A DNA stretch of 64,000 nucleotides from Leucoraja ocellata (taxonomy: Eukaryota). The translations under genes were made by a program, and so were the position numbers. Under the pieces are notes generated by a model. The model was not told where the DNA came from. It saw nothing but the letters and a program-made list of their open reading frames with translations, and searched no databases. The stretch covers positions 11,098,001 to 11,162,000 of the forward strand of contig JAWMAR010000007.1 of the NCBI GenBank assembly GCA_036785375.1. Direction: 5' to 3'. This document shows positions 12,161-26,130 of the stretch, piece by piece (the first letter of the stretch is position 1; each line of letters opens with the position of its first letter).

Positions 12161-15090
12161 ACCTTAGATGTGTGCATCAGGCACTGTAAAAGATAAAATA
12201 AGCAAAGTGAAGAATGTAGTATGACAGCTACAGTGAAAGTGCTACTAAAGAGTAGTGCAAGCGTTTAACGTGGTAGATTGGAAGATCGCGTAATTCAACC
12301 CTAGCATTTGTGAGGTCCATTCAAGACTCTAACAATAGGTAAGAAGTTGTTCTTCCATCTGGTGGTACCTACTTTCAAGTTTTTGTATCTTCTGGGTGTG
12401 AGAATGTCAGGGTATTAGTTGTCCTTGATAATGTGGTTGCTTTTTCGAGGCAGCATTAAGTGTAGAATGGTGAAACAGAGAATCAAAATTGACCCTGGCA
12501 GATTGGAGAGACAGCATTTGTTCAGGCAGTGTTAGTGAACAGGAAGGGGTAGTCCCTGGTTTTTAAAACAATGCTAAGACTATTACGTGAAATGGGAGAA
12601 GGAGTCAGAACACAGATGCTCGAACCAACTCTCATCCATAAAATCTTGGCTAATTCTGGACCTTGTTCATTCGCTGAGAGATCCCCCAGACAGTGATCTC
12701 CATGAGACCCAGATAAACTGTGGACCTTTGGTTTGAATTTACTCAACTACGTTTTACCCACAGCTTCTGCATAATGTGGATTGTTGATTGTAATCATGTA
12801 TAGTCTTTTCGTTGACTGGTTAGCATGCAATAAAAGCTTTTCACTGTAACTTGGTGCAGGTGACAATAAACTAAACTCTGGGATGGAAAATTCAGTAGGT
12901 TCACAAACATTATTGCAGGGAATTTCTTGACCTCAGTCCTGAATGTCTGACTTCTTTTTCCTTGACATGTGGTTTTTGAATCATAAGCAGGAGGAAATAA
13001 ACTTTCCACAAGTATTTGTGAAATCCATCTATTTCCCAGAGCACTCTGTCCATTGACATCCATCAGTCCCAGTCCCCCTATTCTTTCCACACAATCCCCC
13101 AAATTATTCCAATCAGGTGTGTTTAATAGTCATATGCACTGGGATTAGAACAACACCATTTTTCATTGCTGCAACTTTGCAGGCACATTGATGCAACATA
13201 ATAATACATTTACAACAAACAATAATACAATATCAGTTATACATGGTAATAGCATTTGATTAACATTTGAAGTACTTAGTGCAACCTTATACAAAGTGCA
13301 TAATAGTTTGGTGCAAGAGCCTGATGATGCCACAATGAACCTAAACACAACCAAACTTCAGCACTGATCTGTTATGGACAAATAACGGGATTGCTGAATC
13401 ACAGTTCGGGAGGGAGATCTTTAGTGAAATCAAAACAATCTGTTAAATGGCAAGATTGTCTTCTTGAACCTGGAGGTAAAGGTTCACATTTCCTGAACTT
13501 TCTACCTGGCAGTAGCAACAAGAGGAGATCAAGCCATGTGATACTGTTATATTGGCTGCCCTCTATATTTACTCTCATTCACTTACCAATCAAGTGACCA
13601 CAACAGCCAATCACAGGGCAATCCTGTCCCCAACCGATCATAGATTCCTCCACATTCCCACTTCTCTGCAACATAAAAGACATTTGTTTTATTGTAACTT
13701 TTCCCAGTTCTGATCATCAACCTGACAATCATTTGTTTCTCTCCTGATTTTTTCTATGTCAATGTAGCTATCGTAATCTTGTACTTCATACTTTCATCAT
13801 TGAGCCCAGCGTCTCGCACTTCACTAACCATTGCCTCAATGTGTCACATTTGTTTTAGTTAACTGTGTCTGAGAAGGAGTTTTCCACATGTTCCTTGGCA
13901 TCCTGGAGCATTATTCTAACTATCTTATCTCTCATTTCTGTGTAGGTATTATCACTCGGTGCGTGTCTCTGTTAATTTTTATCTCACACACCTTCTCCAC
14001 CTCTTCATATTCCATCTGCAATCTTCTTATAATTCGATGGAAAATGACCATGTAGTAGAATGCAGTAGAAAATGTAGTAGAGGTATACTACATCGACTGG
14101 ATCCTTCCTTATCAATTCTGTTAGATATATTGTCCACCCTAACCCTAAACTCCACTTAAATTGTCAACAGAACTTCCCCTTCATCAAGAATTAAAACATA
14201 AATTGCTGTAAAATTAATCAGGTCTGAATGCAAGTCAACTGGAGGGGCGATAATATCCATGTAGGACGTTGTGTTGCTGCTACTCAGGAGGGTTTAATCT
14301 AGTTTGTCAGAAGGTTGGGAACTGGAGCAGGTGGAGGAATTGAATGGGATGTAGACATCAGCTTAAGACTGATCAGAAGGGCTGGCGGGGCCGGGTTAAT
14401 GAACGCAGTGGAACTGATGGGCTGAAGTGTGTTTATTTCAATGCTATGTATATTATGTGTAAGGCAGATGAATGTAGAGTTTGCATTAATGCATGGAACT
14501 ATGATGTTGTGGCCATTAGAGTTTTGGTTGAGCGAGGGGGCGAGACTGACACCACAATGTTCCAGGGTTTTAGACATGATTTAGCAGCATTGTAGGTTAT
14601 ATAAAAATGCAACCAGGCCACCTGCAATTACTCTATTCAATTTGATTTGAGAATTCTGCATATTATTTATAAAGAAGATGAAGTTACATTTACAGTTACA
14701 TTTCACCGCTCTAGAGCAGCGCAGGAGGGTCAGGGACAGATGGGTCAGAGTGGGAGTGGGATGGAGAAACATGGTCACAGATGTGTAGGAAGGTGCTGCA
14801 GATGCTGATTTATACCGAAGATAGACACAAAATGCTGGAGTAACACAACGTGCCAGGCAGCATCTATGGAGAAATGGAATAGATTCTACTTCAGGTCTGA
14901 AGAAGGCTTCCATTCACAAACATTACCTACTACTTTTCTCCAGAGATGCCGCATGATCTGCTGAGTTACTCCAGCATTTTGTGTCTATCAACATGGTCAC
15001 AGACACAGGTGAAGTATTGATAAAAATAAATGTGGGTAATGCATCCGACCAATGAATAATGTCCATATTTTAAATCTTTCTCTATCTGAG

Positions 15091-15459
15091 GTGAGGTCAG
15101 CGCATCTATGGTGATCGGGAAGAGAGGAGGTGGTGCCACACTGAACTGCAACTTCAAACACTCGAGTGCAAATAGCAGGGTGATCACTATCCTCTGGATG
15201 AAGGGGACTCCATGGGAAGAGTCCGTTGTCTTTAATCATACCCGCTCCTACGCCACAAGCGGTCCCGGCACTGACAATGTAAATACAGGAGGTCGATATG
15301 AGCTGGTGGGAAACGTAGACAATGGAGACGCCTCCATCAGAGTGAGGGGACTCACATTGAATGACACCAACATCTATTTCTGTCATGTTTGGATCTTTGA
15401 ATCCTCTAAGAAGAAAAATATTCAATTGACTCAGGATGAAACGGGACTACAGGTTTTGG
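15091..15459 (+). CDS. Siglec-15-like receptor, V-set exon 2
   Basis: ATLNCNF, ILWMKG, GRYELVG, GDASIRV, DTNIYFC; donor G|gtaagg; 369 nt. The acceptor at the aligned position is a weak ctgag|. Confidence 0.82.
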
Positions 15460-16211
15460 GTAAGGAAACAGTCAGTGTTGAGAAGTAAATGATAAAATCA
15501 CATTGAACAACTGTGAGAAGAATGAGCTTCGTTCTGTTTCCTCTCTGAATATTTCACTCCATTCTCCCGCTGGGTCTCTTTCAAATCTTCACCCCTTCCT
15601 GGTTCTCCCCCTGCACCAATGAATAACAGTGACTTTTATCCCTCTCTAGGCTACAGCCACCATCTTGGAGCGATGGTGATAATGTATCTGGAGATACGTG
15701 TGTGTGCGGGATGGAATGGACAGGTTGATCATTTCAGCTGCCATTTGTTGAGTCTACTTTCTTGTGATTGGCTTCACTTTCTAGTGGTTAAACATAGATA
15801 AACATCATGTCTAATCTCCATTGTTGGTGTTGATGGGAGAATCATGGGACCTCCAGTGACATTGTTGTCAGCCTCTGGTTCCGGTAATGGGGGAGGGGAG
15901 AAGAGAGAGTAACTCGGGTGTGAGTGATCCTTCATTATGTTGGCTGCTTTCCCAAGGAATAAATGCAGTTGATGGGCGCGGGAACGAGGGAAAACCTTTT
16001 ATTCATTCTACATGGTTAATCCTGAGCTTTCTGGTGCTTGTAATCTTAATCATCCATGCAATTCCCCCTCTGACTATTTTTTGTGACCTCCTTATAACCC
16101 GTCTAATGCAATTTGAAGAACAGGGCTCTCTGCATCATTGCAGACTCAATTGAATTCAAGAATTTTGGATGATACTTTTTCTCTCTTTTATCAGAACTAA
16201 ACAGTTGTACT

Positions 16212-16661
16212 TGTGAGATTCAAAAATCACAAATGCTCTTGAGACAAATTCAGACAAAGAAGTGTTTTTATTAATTTCATATTCTGCAGAATAGGTGTCT
16301 CTCCTCTGATGTCCACTGGAGGCACAAAGAAAATGGAGATGCTTTCTATCTTTATACCCTTCTTCACTATGGCCACTAACTCATGCCTCCCCATCGAGTT
16401 TCGTCCAATCATAACATAAAGCCCACATTCCCACGAGAAAGTCCAGGAATGTCTCCGACCATCTCCTGACGTCAAGACTCCCAAGGCCTTCTGCTGAAGT
16501 TGTTATCTGTTTGCTACTTTTTATCTAGAATTTCTCTCTGTTCTGTATATTGTTACTTTATTCTACCAGCAGTCTGGCTTCTGCGGATAAGCTCATTTCT
16601 TTCTAAGTTATATTTTTCAGAGTTCTAGTATAATTCAACCTCTATTAACCCTTCTCTCACA
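16212..16661 (-). repeat. 3' LTR
   Basis: Direct repeat of 21988-22437; preceded on the minus strand by the purine tract AAAAAGAAAAATGGTGGAT. Confidence 0.95.
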
Positions 16662-17119
16662 ATCCACCATTTTTCTTTTTGCTACGCATCTTTTGAATTA
16701 TACTATATCTTCCTTTTCTAGTGCTAGCAGCAGATTCTTCGCCTCCCTATCCTCCTCTCGCTAGTCATACTGTGTTCTGAAGGCCAGCGCAGGGAATAAT
16801 ACAACATCCGAATAGGCACAAAGTCAATGGTTCCTTCCCTTCAAGCACAGTCTAGGGCTGATATTGTCCGGTGGGGCCTCCACAGGACCCTTAAATCGGT
16901 TAGTCCACCTTTGTTGCAGCTTTTCTTCCTTCCATGATTTTACAAGATCCCAGTTCTCTGCTTTCACAGAATGGATTGGCAAGTCGAGATGGGGACTCTG
17001 TGCCAGCAGCCCCTTGGTTTTTAATTCTGTAATAGAGTGAGATACTGCCAGTAAACAGTTCCTTAAGAAAACATCATTACCATGGTGGGTATTCCTTCTA
17101 TCTTTCCCAAATAATAAAA

Positions 17120-18045
17120 ACCTAACTTGTTCAACCTTTCTCTGTATCTTAGTTGCTGAAACCCAGTCAACATTCTAATTGATCTCCTCTGTACTCTCTA
17201 TTTTAACCTTTTTCCTATAATTATGCCTACCAAAATTATGCACCATACTCCACAATTGACCTCACCAATACCTTGTACAATTTAACATTACAACCCAACT
17301 TCTATACACAATGCTCTGATTTATAAAGGCCAACACACCAAAATCTTTCTTTACCATCCTTTCTACACGAGATTCCACCTTCAGGGAATTGTACACAGTT
17401 GTTCCTAGATCCCTCTGTTCAACTTCATTCCTCAATTCACAATCATTTACCATGTAAGTCTAATTTGAATTTGTCCTGCCAAGTTGTATCACCTCACACT
17501 TATCAACATTAAATCCATCTGTCATGTTTCAACCCAGTCTTCCAAATGACTTAAATCTCTCTGTACATTTTTTAAATCTACTTAATTATTCACAACACCA
17601 CGTATCTTAGTATCATCTACATACTTCTTAATCTATCTTACCACACCAACATCCATATTATTGATTCACATGACAAACAACAGTGGTCCCAACACACATC
17701 CCTGAGGTACCCCTCTAGTCATTGACCTCCAACCTGATAAACATCCATCCACCATTACTCTCTGACATTTCCCAACAGTCACTTTTAATCCATCTTGCTA
17801 TTCCTTACTAACCGCTTCTTAACCAACCTTATAGTATAATTATTGAACTTTGTCAAAGGCCTTACTGAAGTTCACCACTTTAACCTCATCAATTTTCCTA
17901 ATAGCCTCTTTTAAGAAAAATCAAGATTAGTCAAATGTCACAATCACAAATCCATGCTAATTCTTCCTAATCCTATCCCATTTATCCAAATTCCTATAAT
18001 ATTGTCTTTAGTATCCTTTCCATTATTTCCCACCACTGATGTCAA
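17120..18045 (-). mobile_element. Heavily diverged CR1 RT fragment inside the ERV
   Basis: EQRDLG...SLKVES.V...VKK.FG.LAFI on the minus strand. Confidence 0.75.
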
Positions 18046-19789
18046 ACAAGTTCTTGTTAAAACTCTACTCTTCTTTGTCCTCCTGTTCAATTACCTCAGG
18101 GCTATTGTCTATTCGTACCTGTGGGCCAGCCCTCATGTAATTATTGAGATCGTACTAGGTATCTCAACCTTCTAAACGAACATCCGTCGGTGATTTAGAA
18201 AACTCATACATACACCTTGTCTTCAGGTTTAAAGGGTCCTTCTTCCTGGTCCATCTCCGACAGCTTTTACTTTACCTGTTCATAAATAGACTTGTATATC
18301 ATTATTAACGGTTTCATATACTTTTTAAATTCTAATCGGTAACTGTTCCAAACTCGGTCCCTTGCAGGAACTTCCCCATTGTGTCACCTGCTGGTTAGTT
18401 TGCATGCAACATTTCTTCAGTGCCAATGGCAGAGCATTACACAAATCTTATTTATTTTAACCTTCAATGTTCCATTTATTCTTTTCATCAAATGAAAACA
18501 ATCCGTTGTCAAAGCTGATTTTTGTAGGTTTACCAAACCTCTTAATTACCTTATTCAACATAAACGACACTACAGTGCTCATACCTAAATCGATTCAGAC
18601 TTACCCTGGACATCTCTTCCAGATGCTGTTTCAGCTGCTTTGTCTGCATTTTAATTTAACTTCTTTGACATGTACTTTTTCCATTTCACCATACAATTTC
18701 AAAATTCCCAATCTAGTCTGAACTATATCCTACCTTTCCCAAGGTCATCATCTGCTGTCTTATATTCTGAAGTATTTCTCTCTCTTCACTTGTGGAACAA
18801 ACCAACAAATTGTCCACATCAACAAATACTTTCTAAGGGTATACCATATAACCATATATCGAACCTGCCACCACCACCTTCACTGGAAGCTCATTCCACA
18901 CAGCTACCACTCTCTGAGTAAAGAAGTTCCCCCTCAACTCTCAACTCTGCCTTTCCCATCTAATTAAAAAAACCTACCTCATCCTAGCCTTTCTTGACAT
19001 CCTTCCTTAAATCCCTTTCTCTCTCTTGGGGACCCCAGTCCTGTTAGGGCTTATAATCTCCAGATTAATTTCACTCCTGATAGGACTTTGAGGAAAAGTT
19101 CCCCAAGACATGTATTATTGGCATGTAATTCTCTGGCCCCGCTTGGTTCCCTCATAGGACTCACTTGTGTCAGTTCATCACTTATTTCAGTCTTTTCAAC
19201 CAGGGGCCTTGTTCATTGACATTGACCGCAGAAACCAACTGTTTGCTGAATCTGGGGGTTGGAAATAAATGACAATCCCACCACCTCCTTCAATTCTGCT
19301 TGACTTTAAGAAGAATGACTTCCACCACAATAGTTCATAATATAATGTCCACATGCCTTCTTTTTCTTGTTCATTTTCAACTCTCCACCTTTTCATTCCC
19401 CTTTGTTCCTTGGGGTTCACCTTAAGTGGGTAACATTTGCTGAGGGGCCTGCATACCCTCGGTCATGACGGCATCCAACCAGAAGATGGTGCTGTAGCCG
19501 GTAAGTTTGTGAGCGGCGGCCATGTTTGTAGTCTTTTGTCGGCCCGGTTGTAACAATTTACATCATCTTTATCTGACACTTAGTGGTTCCCACTACTTTT
19601 ACCAATGGTGCCTTCAAATCTTTCATGGCCAATAATCGTCCCACGTTCTCCTCCTCCAAAGCCCTAATCCATTTCCTTCTCCATCAGGGATAGAGGGTGA
19701 GGCATTTTTATTTATTATTTATTTTAATTTTTTTATTTTAATTTTTTTAGCCCTCTCAGTTTATGGGTGCCCCAAGGGATAATCTGTCA

Positions 19790-19957
19790 NNNNNNNNNNN
19801 NNNNNNNNNNNNNNNNNNNNNNNNNNNNNNNNNNNNNNNNNNNNNNNNNNNNNNNNNNNNNNNNNNNNNNNNNNNNNNNNNNNNNNNNNNNNNNNNNNNN
19901 NNNNNNNNNNNNNNNNNNNNNNNNNNNNNNNNNNNNNNNNNNNNNNNNNNNNNNNNN
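19790..19957. other. Assembly gap (N run)
   Basis: Run of n. Confidence 1.
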
Positions 19958-20055
19958 CTCTCTCTTTCCTCTCTCTTTCCTCTCTCTTTCCTCTCTCTCT
20001 CTTTCCTCGCTCTTTCCTCTCTCTTTCCTCGCTCTTTCCTCTCTCTGTCTGACTC

Positions 20056-20560
20056 ATAGAAACATAGAAACATAGAAATTAGGTGCAGGAGTAGGCCATT
20101 CGGCCCTTCGAGCCTGCACCGCCATTCAATATGATCATGGCTGATCATCCAACAGTATCCTGTACCTGCCTTCTCTCCATACCCTCTGATCCCCTCAGCC
20201 ACAAGGGCCACATCTAACTCCCTCTTAAATATAGCCAATGAACTGGCCTCAACTACCCTCTGTGGCAGAGAGTTCCAGTCTCTGTGTGAAAAAAACACTC
20301 TCTGTGTGAAAAAAAAGTTCTTCTCATCTCGGTTTTAAAGGATTTCCCCCTTATCCTTAAGCTGTGACCCCTTGTCCTGGACTTCCCTAACATCGGGAAC
20401 AATCTTCCTGCATCTAGCCTGTCCAACCCCTTAAGAATTTTGTAAGTTTCTACAAGTTCCCCTCTCAATCTCCTAAATTCTAGAGAGTATAAACCAAGTC
20501 TATCCAGTCTTTCTTCATAAGACAGTCCTGACATCCCAGGAATCAGTCTGGTGAACCGTC
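20056..20560 (-). mobile_element. Young CR1 3' fragment between CT-rich microsatellites
   Basis: RRFTRLIPGMSGLSYEERLDRLGLYSLE, near-identical to 40815-41305; (CATAGAAA)n tail on the + strand. Confidence 0.92.
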
Positions 20561-21987
20561 TGTATCTCTGTGCCTGGCTCTCTCTCTCTCTCTCTGTCTG
20601 TATCTCTGTGTCTCGGTGTCTGTATCTCTCTCTCTCTCTGTTTCTCAACTTGAATGTCTACCATAAAACAACAAACCATAAAAGCTGGTCATGTTTCATC
20701 AATTAACTTATTTCCAATTATTTCAATCCATATTCACCATTATTTTAAATGTCCAATTCCTAACACTAGATACAATTTTCCAAATTAACGTTACTGACAA
20801 GAAATCTAAAAGAACATCAAGAAACGATTAAAAGAAAATCAAAAGCTGATTTTTACAACTTCCCTTTTTCAGGTTACGAGGATACAAAGGGTTAATTTTA
20901 CAGCTTGTTCGCAATCCAATTTGAACTACAGTGGAAATGCTCGCCCCCGCCACTGTGTTCAATTTTACAACTTGCTCATTCTAACCTTTCATCTTACAAC
21001 CATTCGTTCCAAACCGGTTTTTACATACAAATCACATTCGTTCCGTTCTTACTTCAAATAGATTATTCATTTTATATTTTCTCCCTGTCCTGCACTCTTG
21101 TCCCTGGCCTTTGCCGTCTTCTTATCTGCTAATTTCGGGAGTAACTCCCTCATCATCCTGTCTCTCTCTGTTCCTTATTTGCTGTTTTTCTACTGCCTGC
21201 AACATAATCTTTACTACTTGTTTTTCACTTCTGTGAAAAGGAATTGATCTAACTGTTCTTGTCAGACCTAAAGAATCTTCAAGGAGGCTATTTAACAAAC
21301 CCCCTTCCCCCTCAGGGTCCTCTCCTAGGTACCTCCCTCGGGGGTCTAATTTCAACCGAACTTATCTTCCCCTTCTGCCCTTTGACTCCCCGTCCTATTG
21401 GCCGGGTGATCTTCGTCCACCCCGGCCCCTGTCTCTCTGTTCCTTTGGGTATTTTGGCCCCCTCCGGCTCTGCATTTGTCCCAACGGACTATACCTTATC
21501 ATGTTGGCTTCTCCAACCCCTGGGTATTTCCTGCCCTCCAGGGTCCAGCATTTGCCCCAACGGACTATTGGGCAGAATGCGGGGATTTGGCCCACAGCCT
21601 TTTCCCCTCCCTTTTTCTAAACACCGTGTTTAATTACCTTATTTATCATCATCATATTCTTAATACCATGTTCATCATATTCTCAATACAGTGTTCATCA
21701 TACCTGCCTTGCCCGTACAAGGTCTTTCCACAATCGCCCAGGAAGTACTTTATTAGTCATTGTTCCTACCTGGGTTCTGTGCACAGAAATTGCTCGATTG
21801 ATTTTTCACGATGTCCAACTACTCCCACTTCTTTGCCGAGTCTCTGTGTGGTCCGGATACTACTGCTTAAACAGCTGATGGCAAGCAAGGAGTCTGAGAC
21901 TGCTGAACTCAGCAGGGTGCACCTTCCCTTTGTCCGTCTACTCCCGTCAGCTGTCTAGAGTATTGGATCCCGGACGAGCCCCCAAGT

Positions 21988-22437
21988 TGTGAGATTCAAA
22001 AATCACAAATGCTCTTGAGACAAATTCAGACAAAGAAGTGTTTTTATTAATTTCATATTCTGCAGAATAGGTGTCTCTCCTCTGATGTCCACTGGAGGCA
22101 CAAAGAAAATGGAGATGCTTTCTATCTTTATACCCTTCTTCACTATGGCCACTAACTCATGCCTCCCCATCGAGTTTCGTCCAATCATAACATAAAGCCC
22201 ACATTCCCACGAGAAAGTCCAGGAATGTCTCCGACCATCTCCTGACGTCAAGACTCCCAAGGCCTTCTGCTGAAGTTGTTATCTGTTTGCTACTTTTTAT
22301 CTAGAATTTCTCTCTGTTCTGTATATTGTTACTTTATTCTACCAGCAGTCTGGCTTCTGCGGATAAGCTCATTTCTTTCTAAGTTATATTTTTCAGAGTT
22401 CTAGTATAATTCAACCTCTATTAACCCTTCTCTCACA
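21988..22437 (-). repeat. 5' LTR
   Basis: Followed on the minus strand by the tRNA-Pro PBS. Confidence 0.95.
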
Positions 22438-23404
22438 TACTGAAGATAAGCAAAATGGAATATTAATCAGTTATTCTCTGAACAATTATTGTAACTTAAA
22501 ATAAGTTAGCTGAAGTTGCAGAGGTTGTATAGAGGGGTGGATTAGAAATAGGAAATATCTCTGAAAGGGTGAGTCTACGTTTGCTGTTGATGAAATTATC
22601 TGGTTGATAAATTAAGGAAGGAAATTGGAGACCGAGAACACAAACAAAGATAGAAACAGAGCTGCAAAACGTACGTCAGCTGCAAGAAACACGCTGCAGA
22701 TCAGGCAGCGTCAGTGGAGAGAGGAGAACTGAGTCAGTATTGCAGATGGATAACCTGCTGCAGAACTTCTGATACAAACAGCGAGAAAGTTACCAGAAAT
22801 TGTTGTATTCAATGTTGACTCAATGGTTCAATGGGTCAACCGTGAATAGAACAATTTCTGGTGACTTGCTCGCTGTTTGTGTCAGAACTGGCGAGTTCTA
22901 CAGCATCTGCGACACTGACTCAGTTCTCCTGAAAAAGAATCACGACCCGAAACGTCACCGATTCATTCTATCCAGAGATGCTGCCTGCCTGCTGAATTAC
23001 TCCAGCATTTTGTGTCTATTTTCGGTTCAATGGTTTCTTTATTATCACATGTAGCAAGTACAGTGAAATACTATTTTGCATACAGATCAGTAAGAATATC
23101 ACCGTACATAAATAAGTACAATCCCCCCGGTTAGTACATCATGTACAGAAGAACCCACTGAGTCTGGGCAACAGTTGCCATTTTGCACCATTTTACAGTC
23201 CTCGATGCAGTTGCCACAGAGGCCCCATTGCAGCCGCCGCCTCCATTCCAGTTGTCCTGGAATGTTGACCCTCACCCTGGACAGTCCTATTCAGCCCTTC
23301 TTCCCCAGGGGTGGTGTGCGGTGGGGGGGGCTCCTCCTGCAGAGGAGATTAGGGAACGGAAGTTAAAAACTCCTCCACCCCGCCTGATTCCGTTAACCAG
23401 GCAT

Positions 23405-24330
23405 TTTCAGGTTGGCTGCCAGTTACTAGCAGAGTTCCGCAGGGCTCGGTGCTGGGGCTGCTGCTCTTCACGTTGTATATTAATGATTTGAATGAGGGGA
23501 TTGACGGCTTTGTGGCCAAGTTTGCGGATTATACGAAAATAGGTGGATGGGCAGGTAGTGCAGAGAAAGCAGGGTCTCTGCAGAAGAACTTGGATAGGTT
23601 GGGAGAGTGGGCAGAGAAGTGGCAGATGGAAAGGTGTGGAAAAGTGTGGAGTCATGTATTTTGGTAATAGGATTAAAGGCGTTGGTTACTTTTTAAATGG
23701 GGAGAGAATCCAGAAATCGGAGGTGCAAGGTGACTTGAGAATGCTGGTGCAGGATTCACAAAAAGTTAATCTGCAAGTCAAATCAGTTATAAAGAAAGCA
23801 AACGCAATGCTAGCATTTATTTCGAGAGGGTTTATATGCAAAAGTAGGGATGTAATGCTGAGAATCTTTCAGGCGCTGGTCAGGCCACATTTGGAATATT
23901 GTGAGCAATTTTAGGCACCATATCTGAGGAAGGATGTGCTGGCTCTGGAGAGGGTCCAGAGGAGGTTCACAAGAATGATCCTAGGAATGAGTAGGATAAC
24001 ATCAGATGAATATTTGACGGCACTGGGCCTATGTTTGCTGCAGTTTAGAAGAATGAGGGAGGGCGACATTGAAACAGACAGAATAGTGAAAGGCTTGGAT
24101 GTGGAGAGGATGCTTCCACTAGTGGGAGAGTTGAAGACGAGAGGTTTTAGCCTCAGAATTAAAGGACGTTCTTTTAGGAAGGAGATGAGGATGAATTTCT
24201 TTGGTATGAGGGTGGTGAATCTATGGAATTCATTGCCACAGATGGCTGTGGAGGCAAAGTCAGTGGATATATTTAAGGCAGAGATAAGTAGATTCCTGAT
24301 TAGTGCAGATGTCAGAGGTAATGAGAAGTG
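23405..24330 (+). mobile_element. CR1 RT fragment
   Basis: LFTLYINDL...KFADYTKIGG; LVRPHLEYC. Confidence 0.88.
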
Positions 24331-24675
24331 CTTCGGGTGCAGAACCTAAGACACCCCCCCCCCCCCCCCGCCCCCCCCCCCCCCCCCCCCCACCCCACCT
24401 AATTCAGTTAACCGCGCCTTTAGTCATCCTCCATCCTCCTCTCCGGTTCCTGGTCTTCAAGGTCAAGGCTCCATCCTGGCCAGACAGAAACTGAGATGTC
24501 ATTACTTGAGATTGGCCCTTATTAGCATAGTGCAGGTCAGGAACAGGTGGATCAGAGTAGGAATGGGATGGAGAATCCAAGTCACAAGTATGGATGAACT
24601 ATTGATAAAGACTGTGTGGTTATTGTATTCAATTACTAAATCATATTCACACTTTAAAACTCTTCTCTCTGCAAG

Positions 24676-25037
24676 TTGATAATGACAGAGCATCCATGGT
24701 GATTGGGAGGAAGGGTGCGACTGCCACATTGCCCTGCTCCTTCAGTCCCTCGAACAAGAATCCCAGCTCCATCACCATCAAGTGGATGAAGAGGAATCCA
24801 CCAAAATGGTCTGTTGTCTTTCGTGACACTTCTCCCCCCCAGCAGCAAATCACATTCCTGAAAATGTAAATAAAGGAAATCGATATGAGCTGGTGGGAAA
24901 TCTTACGCAGGGAGATGCATCCATCAGAGTGAAGGGACTCAAACTGAATGACGCCAGTGATTACTCCTGTCACGTTTATGTCAGGAATTCAACATTGACG
25001 ACTGTAACTCAGGATGAGTTGAAACTGCAGGTTGTGG
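24676..25037 (+). CDS. Siglec-15-like receptor, V-set exon 3 (1-nt frameshift in the C run at 24834-24840); absent from the ORF track
   Basis: Acceptor ctctgcaag|, donor G|gtaagg. MVIGRKGATATLPCSF...IKWMK, then after the shift NRYELVGNLTQGDASIRV...DASDYSCHVY...LKLQVV. 362 nt against 363 nt for V4. Confidence 0.85.
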
Positions 25038-25104
25038 GTAAGGAAACGTGTGTTATGCTGTAAACGATAATATCATATTGAACAACCTTAGGAGGAATGA
25101 GCTC

Positions 25105-26130
25105 CCACTGACAGTGTAGACCAGCACAGGAACAGGCCCTTTGGCCCGCAATGTCTGTACCGAACATGATGCTACGTTAATCTTGTCTACCTGCAGGTGA
25201 TACATTTCTTCCATTACCTGCATTTCAAAAAGTCTCTAAAACTCCACTATCGTAGCTGCCTCCACCACCCCTAACAGTATTTTCCTGGCACCCACCACCT
25301 TCTGTGTAAACAATAACTTTCCCCACATATCTCCTTTCATCTTATCACATCTGTCCTTGTCACAATACCGTCTATTCGTTGACATTTCCGCCGTAGGCAA
25401 AAGGTTCTCTCTCTCCTATCCATGTCTTTCATATTTTTATAAACTTTCAACAGTCGAGAGAAACAGTTCAAGTATGTCCGACCTTTTCTTCTAACTAATA
25501 CCCTCTAATCCAGGCAGCAATCTGCTAAACCTCTTCTGAACCCTTTCCAAAGTCTCCTCATCCTTCCTGTAATGGGTAAAAACTGCACATAAAACTGAAT
25601 GCAATAATCCCAGTAACTAAAGTTGTATAGAGCTACAACATGACTTCCTGACTCTTGTATTCAGTAAATAGACACTAAAAGCTGGAGTAACTCACCGGGA
25701 CAGGTAGCATCTCTGGAGAGAAGGAATGGATGATGTTTCGGGTCAAGTATCTTCTTCTTGACCTGAAACGTGACACATCCTTTCTCTCCAGAGATGCTGC
25801 CTGTCCCGCTGAGTTACTCCAGCTTTTTGTGTCCATCTTCGGTTTTAACCAGCATCTGCAGTTCCTTCCTACACATCTTGTATTCAGTACCTTGGCCAAT
25901 GAAAGCAAGAATACTGTACACGTTTTTAACGTGTTGCCATTTTCAAGCAGTTATGGAATTGGATCCCAATATTTTTCTGTACATCAGTGGTATTAAGGGA
26001 CTTGCCCTTGTATATTTTCCACTTGCATTCAACCTCCCAAAGACAACACTTCACATATGTTCGGATCAAACTCCATCTGCCATTTCTCTGCCTATATCTG
26101 TATTAGATCAACATTTGTAGTATCTTTCGA
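25105..26130 (-). mobile_element. Old CR1 3' fragment with a nested Penelope-derived short element (~25665-25875)
   Basis: GGAACAGGCCCTTTGGCCC CR1-type tail; inverted CTGGAGTAACTCA / TGAGTTACTCCAG pLTR-like motifs. Confidence 0.6.

Larger units (their letters stand above)
16212..22437 (-). mobile_element. Class I (gamma/epsilon-like) endogenous retrovirus, non-coding, antisense within the V2-V3 intron
   Basis: 450-bp LTRs at 16212-16661 and 21988-22437 (TG...CA). TSD TACT on both sides. PBS TGGGGGCTCGTCCGGGAT (tRNA-Pro) at 21984-21967. PPT next to 16662. Integrase C-terminal-like remnant (PFKPEDKVYV) near 18200-18330. Confidence 0.93.

Noticed and set aside
16227-16484. Duplicated 85-aa ORF (also at 22003-22260)
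   Set aside because: It lies wholly within the LTRs and has no recognisable domain.
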